64,000 bases of DNA from a virus. The notes under the pieces were generated by a model. The model did not search any database. It was not told the DNA's origin and saw only the letters and a program-made list of their open reading frames with translations. Each line of letters begins with the position of its first letter. The first letter of the stretch is position 1. The DNA lies in the IMG/VR virus record IMGVR_UViG_3300020392_000011, positions 4,634 to 68,633 of that record; one strand, given 5' to 3'. A program made the translations under genes and the position numbers. This document shows positions 58,883 to 64,000 of this stretch, piece after piece.

Positions 58883-60364
58883 ATGAAAAGATTTAAATCT
58901 CATTTAAAAGAAATGACCAAAAAGGCATTACAGCAAAAAATTGCTGATTTAGACGATAGATTAGATACTCATTCAAATGCCGGTAGAATAATGAATACTG
59001 GCAAATTATCTAGCCAAGAATTTAAAAAATTATTAAAGAAAAAAGTAGCAGATTCAGATGTAAAAATAGTACCACCAAGTACGGGTGCTAATAAATCATC
59101 TCAATTTGATTTATTTTCTTTTGAATTAGATGGTAAATCTATGGATATTACTCTATCTAATCCTGTCGCAGGTCGAGGTTCTAAATCGACAGACAAAAAC
59201 GAAGAGTCTTTAATGTTAGTAATTTCAGCTATGTACGATGGTGCTGATGGTAAAGATGAAATAAAATCCACTGCATTAGAAAAATCAGTATATTCTATAT
59301 GTGTAGATAAATCTGGTAAAGAATTTGGTATTACACACGCCAGAGAATTAATGAATTATTTGGAAGAAAAAGAAGATTGGTTTGATTCTCATTTAGCTCA
59401 AGCTTCTGTATTTGTAGAAAAATTTACAAAAAAACCAATATCCATAGAAATGGATAGGTCAAACATTGATATATGGAAACAAGCTGAAGCTTTATTTAAA
59501 GCTGAAGAAGGATTTGGTGGTAAAGCACCTGATAAGGATAAATGGAATCCAGCTGATATTTGGGTGTTCTATGAGGATACACCTACTTTTGATAATATTG
59601 ATGAGTTAAATCAATATCTGTTTGACTCTATTGAGAATGAAGATGGCATTATTGGTGTTTCTCTTAAAAAAGGAACTGGTAAATTAGATCTAGTGAATGT
59701 AGGTAAAAATCCAGAAATAAATGTAAAAGATATAAAATCACAATTTGGCAGAAACTTTACTTTAGGTGTCGACATGGAATTTTTAGGAGATGGCATACCA
59801 GCTGATTTCTCATTATATTTTAGAATATTCCAGGCTAAAGATAATGAAATGATTAGAGGAGAAGCTACAGGTAAAAATGCGATGCAAGGTAAAGTAAAAT
59901 TAGAAATGATAGATACATTGTCTGGAGGAAAATACGCAGATAGAATTAAAGCAGCAGGTGGACCAAATATTTTAAAATGGGATAAAAACAAAAAGCAATA
60001 TTCTCTAACAGCGAATGGATTAAAGAAATTTAAAGCTGTAGAAAAGAAATGGAAGAAAATGAGACGATGGAGAAGCATCAAATATAAAAAAGGTACTACA
60101 CTGGGTGAATACGAAAGAGCTTTTAGTTCAGGCGTAAATGGATTTTTAAAAGAATTAAATAGAGGCCGACCTTCTGGTAGAAAATATGTGGCTTGGAAAG
60201 AAAATCAAGGAAAATCTATGATTAATTCTAGATTTCAAACAATAGAAATGGTGTGGTTATTTAATAAAATGCCACAAGATCAACAAAGGAGTTTAGCTGC
60301 AGGACTATTAAAATTTGCTAAAAGTATGTCAGATTGGTCAGCAGCCCACGCAAAATTAACATGA
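58883..60364 (+). CDS. Late hypothetical protein, possible PD-(D/E)xK-like nuclease; capsid-targeting-like N-terminus
   Basis: Late promoter at 58846; MKRFKSHLKE; DKWNPADIW...IIGVSLKK. Confidence 0.55.
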   Translation: MKRFKSHLKEMTKKALQQKIADLDDRLDTHSNAGRIMNTGKLSSQEFKKLLKKKVADSDVKIVPPSTGANKSSQFDLFSFELDGKSMDITLSNPVAGRGSKSTDKNEESLMLVISAMYDGADGKDEIKSTALEKSVYSICVDKSGKEFGITHARELMNYLEEKEDWFDSHLAQASVFVEKFTKKPISIEMDRSNIDIWKQAEALFKAEEGFGGKAPDKDKWNPADIWVFYEDTPTFDNIDELNQYLFDSIENEDGIIGVSLKKGTGKLDLVNVGKNPEINVKDIKSQFGRNFTLGVDMEFLGDGIPADFSLYFRIFQAKDNEMIRGEATGKNAMQGKVKLEMIDTLSGGKYADRIKAAGGPNILKWDKNKKQYSLTANGLKKFKAVEKKWKKMRRWRSIKYKKGTTLGEYERAFSSGVNGFLKELNRGRPSGRKYVAWKENQGKSMINSRFQTIEMVWLFNKMPQDQQRSLAAGLLKFAKSMSDWSAAHAKLT

Positions 60365-61596
60365 AGAAATTAACAGAATATTTAGCAGAATCTAAAAATA
60401 CTCACATGACACATATTGAGGATTTAATTCTTGATGGAGGAGTAAAGGGGGCCCGCCAAGCTATCCTAGCGCTTAGATCTTTGAGGGATATGTTATCTGG
60501 TAATGTCAAAGCACCTGTAGACATTACAGTAAAGTGGGACGGGGCCCCCGCTGTATTTGCTGGAATAGATCCAGAAGATGGAGAATTTTTTGTAGCAAAA
60601 AAAGGCATATTCAATGCTAACCCAAAAATTTATAAGAATCATGATGACATTGATGACGATACATCTGGAGACCTTAACTCTAAGTTAAAATTAGCGTATG
60701 ATCATTTAAAAGATTTAGGTATAACAGGAGTTATACAAGGCGACTTTATGTTTGAAGCTAAAGATCTAAAAAGCGAAAAAATAAATGGCATAAATCATAT
60801 TACTTTTCATCCTAATACAATTGTATATGCTGTACCAAAAGGTACGCCATTAGAAAAAGAAATAAGTGCTGCTAAAATAGGTATTGTATGGCACACTAAA
60901 TATGAAGGTGCAACCTTTGAAACTATGACTGCAGAATTTGGAAAAGAAATTGTATCAAAATTAAACTCATCAAAAGATGTTTGGATGGTCGATGCAACTT
61001 TACCAGATTTATCGGGTACTGCTACACTTACAAAAAAAGAGACAACTACATTAAGTACAAATTTATCTAATGCTGGTAAAATATTTAGAAAAATATCTGC
61101 TAAGACATTAAAAGAAATAGAATCTAATAAAGAATTAAATTTAATAATAAACATTTACAATAATAAAAAGGTACGACAAGGCCAAAGAATTTCAAATACT
61201 AGACAACATGCTACAGGTTTAATAAGGTTTGTAACTGACAGATATGCAAAAGAAATTGATAAAAGAAGTTCAAGGCCTGGTAAACAGAAACAAATAAATA
61301 ATCGTGATGAATTATTAAAGTTTTTTAATAAGAAAAACATAAAAAGTTTAGCTATGGTGTTTGATTTACAGAATTTAGTGATTGATAGCAAACTAATTCT
61401 TATAAATAAACTAAACAAACTTTCAAATATAGGAACGTTTGTAAAAACAACATCCGGATTTAAAGTTACCAACCCAGAAGGTTTTGTAGCTATAGATCGT
61501 ATGGAAGGTGGTGCTGTTAAGTTAGTTGACAGAATGGAATTCTCAACTAATAATTTCAGTAAAGATATTATAAAAGGTTGGGATAATCCTAACTAA
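60361..61596 (+). CDS. Ligase-like nucleotidyltransferase (DUF6267-like)
   Basis: KNTHMTHIED; KWDG (motif I), QGDFMF, EGFV (IV), VKLVDR (V); N-terminus MKKLTEYLAE. Confidence 0.65.
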   Translation: MKKLTEYLAESKNTHMTHIEDLILDGGVKGARQAILALRSLRDMLSGNVKAPVDITVKWDGAPAVFAGIDPEDGEFFVAKKGIFNANPKIYKNHDDIDDDTSGDLNSKLKLAYDHLKDLGITGVIQGDFMFEAKDLKSEKINGINHITFHPNTIVYAVPKGTPLEKEISAAKIGIVWHTKYEGATFETMTAEFGKEIVSKLNSSKDVWMVDATLPDLSGTATLTKKETTTLSTNLSNAGKIFRKISAKTLKEIESNKELNLIINIYNNKKVRQGQRISNTRQHATGLIRFVTDRYAKEIDKRSSRPGKQKQINNRDELLKFFNKKNIKSLAMVFDLQNLVIDSKLILINKLNKLSNIGTFVKTTSGFKVTNPEGFVAIDRMEGGAVKLVDRMEFSTNNFSKDIIKGWDNPN

Positions 61597-61611
61597 TGGG
61601 AACCGAGGATA

Positions 61612-62967
61612 ATGACATTAAAAACATTCAGCGATTATCTCGCTGAGAACGTAAAAGAGGTAACATTCGTATTTGGAAGATTTAATCCACCTACGACTGG
61701 CCACGAAAAATTATTTGATACAGTCAAAAAAGTATCAAAAGGCGGTGCATATCGCATATACGCCTCAAAATCTGAAGACAAAAAGAAAAATCCATTACCA
61801 TTTAGTGACAAGGTTAAGTTTATACGTAAACTTTTTCCTAAACATGCACGTAATGTTATGGCGGATAAAGATGTTAGAACAGTATTTGATATAGCAGTAA
61901 AGCTATACGATCAAGATTTTACTAAAATTACCATGGTTGCAGGTAGCGATAGAGTAAAAGAGTTTGAAAAATTATTAAATAAGTACAATGGTGTTAAAGG
62001 CAGACATGGATTTTATCAATTTAAAGCTTATATAAATGTAGTTTCAGCTGGTAAAAGAGATCCAGACTCAGAAGGAGTTGATGGAATGTCAGCATCTAAA
62101 ATGAGAATGGCTGCTGAATTTGGAGAAGTATCAGCCTTTTCTGCTGGATTACCTAGTAACACAAATCAAAAATTAGCTACTGATTTATATAACGCTGTAA
62201 GAAAAGGTATGGGATTAAAGAAAGAATCACATAGACCACATGTAGAGTTACCAACATTATCTGAAACCAGAGAAGAATATGTTGAAGGAAATATATTTAA
62301 CGAAGGCGAAAAGGTCCAAATGAAAGAAAATGGCAATGTAGGTACTATACAACATAAAGGTAGTAATTACTTATTAGTTAATTTTGGTGAATTTAGAAAA
62401 AGAGTTTGGTTGGATTCAGTAAATGAATATCATGAATATGGTTCACCAGAAGCAACTAAAGCTTATAAGAAAGCTACACCAGGTCAAAAGAACGAAAAGA
62501 AAATGACCGTTAAGCAAAAGATTAAAAAATCTGGTTATTACAAAGGATTAGCAAAATCTACTAACCAAAAGAGACATGCACAATTTGCTAAACAATCCAA
62601 AATGGATGACGATAATCCAGCAGCATATAAACCAGCTCCTGGCGATAAAGAAGCAAAAACAAAAACATCTAAACACACAAAGAAATATAAGCAAATGTAT
62701 GGAGAAACATTTACATTTGAAGATTATATGGTAGAAAACGAAGGGCAGGCTAAGAAAGCTATTAAGAAAAAGGCTGATAAGTCTGGTATGCCTTATGGAA
62801 TATTAAAGAAAGTATTTGATAGAGGCGTAGCTGCATGGCGTACAGGCCACAGACCTGGAACTACACCAGTACAATGGGGATTGGCACGAGTCAATTCATT
62901 CGTAACTAAATCATCGGGAACATGGGGCAAGGCTGATAAAGACTTAGCCGCAAAAGTAAAGGGGTAA
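61612..62967 (+). CDS. HxGH-type (cytidylyltransferase-like) nucleotidyltransferase with long C-terminal extension
   Basis: FGRFNPPTTGH, KNPL, VAGSDR, MSASKMR; C-terminal RGVAAWRTGHRPGTTPVQWGLARVNSF domain. Confidence 0.8.
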   Translation: MTLKTFSDYLAENVKEVTFVFGRFNPPTTGHEKLFDTVKKVSKGGAYRIYASKSEDKKKNPLPFSDKVKFIRKLFPKHARNVMADKDVRTVFDIAVKLYDQDFTKITMVAGSDRVKEFEKLLNKYNGVKGRHGFYQFKAYINVVSAGKRDPDSEGVDGMSASKMRMAAEFGEVSAFSAGLPSNTNQKLATDLYNAVRKGMGLKKESHRPHVELPTLSETREEYVEGNIFNEGEKVQMKENGNVGTIQHKGSNYLLVNFGEFRKRVWLDSVNEYHEYGSPEATKAYKKATPGQKNEKKMTVKQKIKKSGYYKGLAKSTNQKRHAQFAKQSKMDDDNPAAYKPAPGDKEAKTKTSKHTKKYKQMYGETFTFEDYMVENEGQAKKAIKKKADKSGMPYGILKKVFDRGVAAWRTGHRPGTTPVQWGLARVNSFVTKSSGTWGKADKDLAAKVKG

Positions 62968-62971
62968 AAAA

Positions 62972-64000
62972 ATGAGAAATTTTAAAGAGTTCAGAACTCA
63001 ATTAAACGAAAAATATAAAAGTAAGTTTCCATCAGCTCTAGTATCAGCCGCTGTTAAAATAGCATTAGACATGGGTGGTAATATGACTGGCGCTTACAAA
63101 AAAATTGAAAAAATGAAACGTGGATTAGGAGATGATCCTGTAGTTAAAGATGCACTAAGATTAGCTAACGAAGACTTTGGTAACTTTGCAGAAGAAGCTG
63201 AAAAGAAATTCGGATATACATTCTTTGATAAAGCAGATGTCACTAAGTTTAAACAACTAATTAAAGGACTAAAAGGATTAGAGTTAGTCAGTGCTGAAAA
63301 AATGAAAGGCGGACAATTTGTTGTAAGAGTTAAAGGACCTAAAAAGGTTGTAGCGAAAGCTAACTCTTTTGCGATGAGAGTAATGTCAGAAAACGTAGAA
63401 ATAAAAGAAAAATTTTTACAAGATTTATTAAAACCAAATGAATTTAAAGATGAGCTTGAACAAGAAATGAAAGATGCGGGCTATTCACCAAAAGTAATTA
63501 AAAAGATTACTAAAAAAGGAAAAGGTTACGAAGTCAGAATTACCGATCTCAAGGGTAGCATTCAAGGGGATATGAAAAATATATTTACTAACATGGGCGC
63601 AAGTAAAATTAATTTTAAAAAAGGTGGCGGTGTTATGACCATGATGGTTGAACGTAAGCTTACAGCTACAAAAGATTTCTATAAGAACGCAATGGGCAGA
63701 AAACAGAAAGCAGAATTTGATAAGCTTTATAAAAAATTAGAAGGTGGTAAAGAACATCAGAATATTAAAAGAAAGATTAAGGATCCAGCAAAAGCTGACG
63801 ATCACTTTCATGCTCTAGTAATGAAGAGAATCATAGGTGATAAAAGAAGTTCATTTGATTCAAAGGAATCATTTAGTGAAGTTAAAGGAGATTTTCCATC
63901 ATCTATGACATACTTTACCAAGAGAGGAGCTACTAAAGCGGAAAAAATAGCAAAGGGTTTAAAGATTTATGTACAAACTAAGGAATTAGGTAATGCACCA
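62972..64000 (+). CDS. Lys-rich hypothetical protein, 3' truncated; probable internal head protein
   Basis: MRNFKEFRTQLNE start; frame is open to the window end. Confidence 0.7.
   Translation, partial: MRNFKEFRTQLNEKYKSKFPSALVSAAVKIALDMGGNMTGAYKKIEKMKRGLGDDPVVKDALRLANEDFGNFAEEAEKKFGYTFFDKADVTKFKQLIKGLKGLELVSAEKMKGGQFVVRVKGPKKVVAKANSFAMRVMSENVEIKEKFLQDLLKPNEFKDELEQEMKDAGYSPKVIKKITKKGKGYEVRITDLKGSIQGDMKNIFTNMGASKINFKKGGGVMTMMVERKLTATKDFYKNAMGRKQKAEFDKLYKKLEGGKEHQNIKRKIKDPAKADDHFHALVMKRIIGDKRSSFDSKESFSEVKGDFPSSMTYFTKRGATKAEKIAKGLKIYVQTKELGNAP

Noticed and set aside
1764-61472. Minus-strand and nested alternative-frame ORFs in the track
   Set aside because: They are shadows of well-supported + strand genes, with no recognisable motifs.

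Overview
64 kb of an AT-rich, T4-like (Tevenvirinae/Kyanoviridae-type) myophage genome, almost all coded on the + strand. A marine gammaproteobacterial host is inferred from the bS21 sequence. Gene order: two giant tail-fibre genes and LamG proteins; neck, terminase, tail and head module (gp13-gp23, gp3); recombination and late transcription (uvsY, uvsW, gp55, gp47, gp46); tRNA-Ala(UGC); VWA/MoxR pair; clamp and loader, regA, hsp20, gp43, an AEP primase-like gene; a cytosine-modification cluster; ahpC, bS21, uvsX, gp40, gp41; and a late operon of probable capsid-packaged enzymes. Main leads: (1) a candidate DNA hypermodification pathway made of a gp42-type dCMP hydroxymethylase, a TAGT-like glycosyltransferase, a C5-methyltransferase-fold enzyme with degenerate SAM motifs, an epimerase and a UDP-glucose dehydrogenase, with both DNA-acting enzymes ending in sliding-clamp-binding peptides; (2) five proteins with T4 capsid-targeting-like N-termini, including a RimK-protease fusion and a nuclease/ligase/nucleotidyltransferase trio; (3) a promoter-driven, structured ~290-nt RNA upstream of gp43, a cloverleaf-like leader and a ROSE-like thermometer; (4) a 13-copy TGTACA-N17-TATAAT promoter family, with one antisense copy and a subclass carrying a palindrome; (5) a probable ATT start codon. 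All calls come from manual motif recognition; no searches or folding programs were run.
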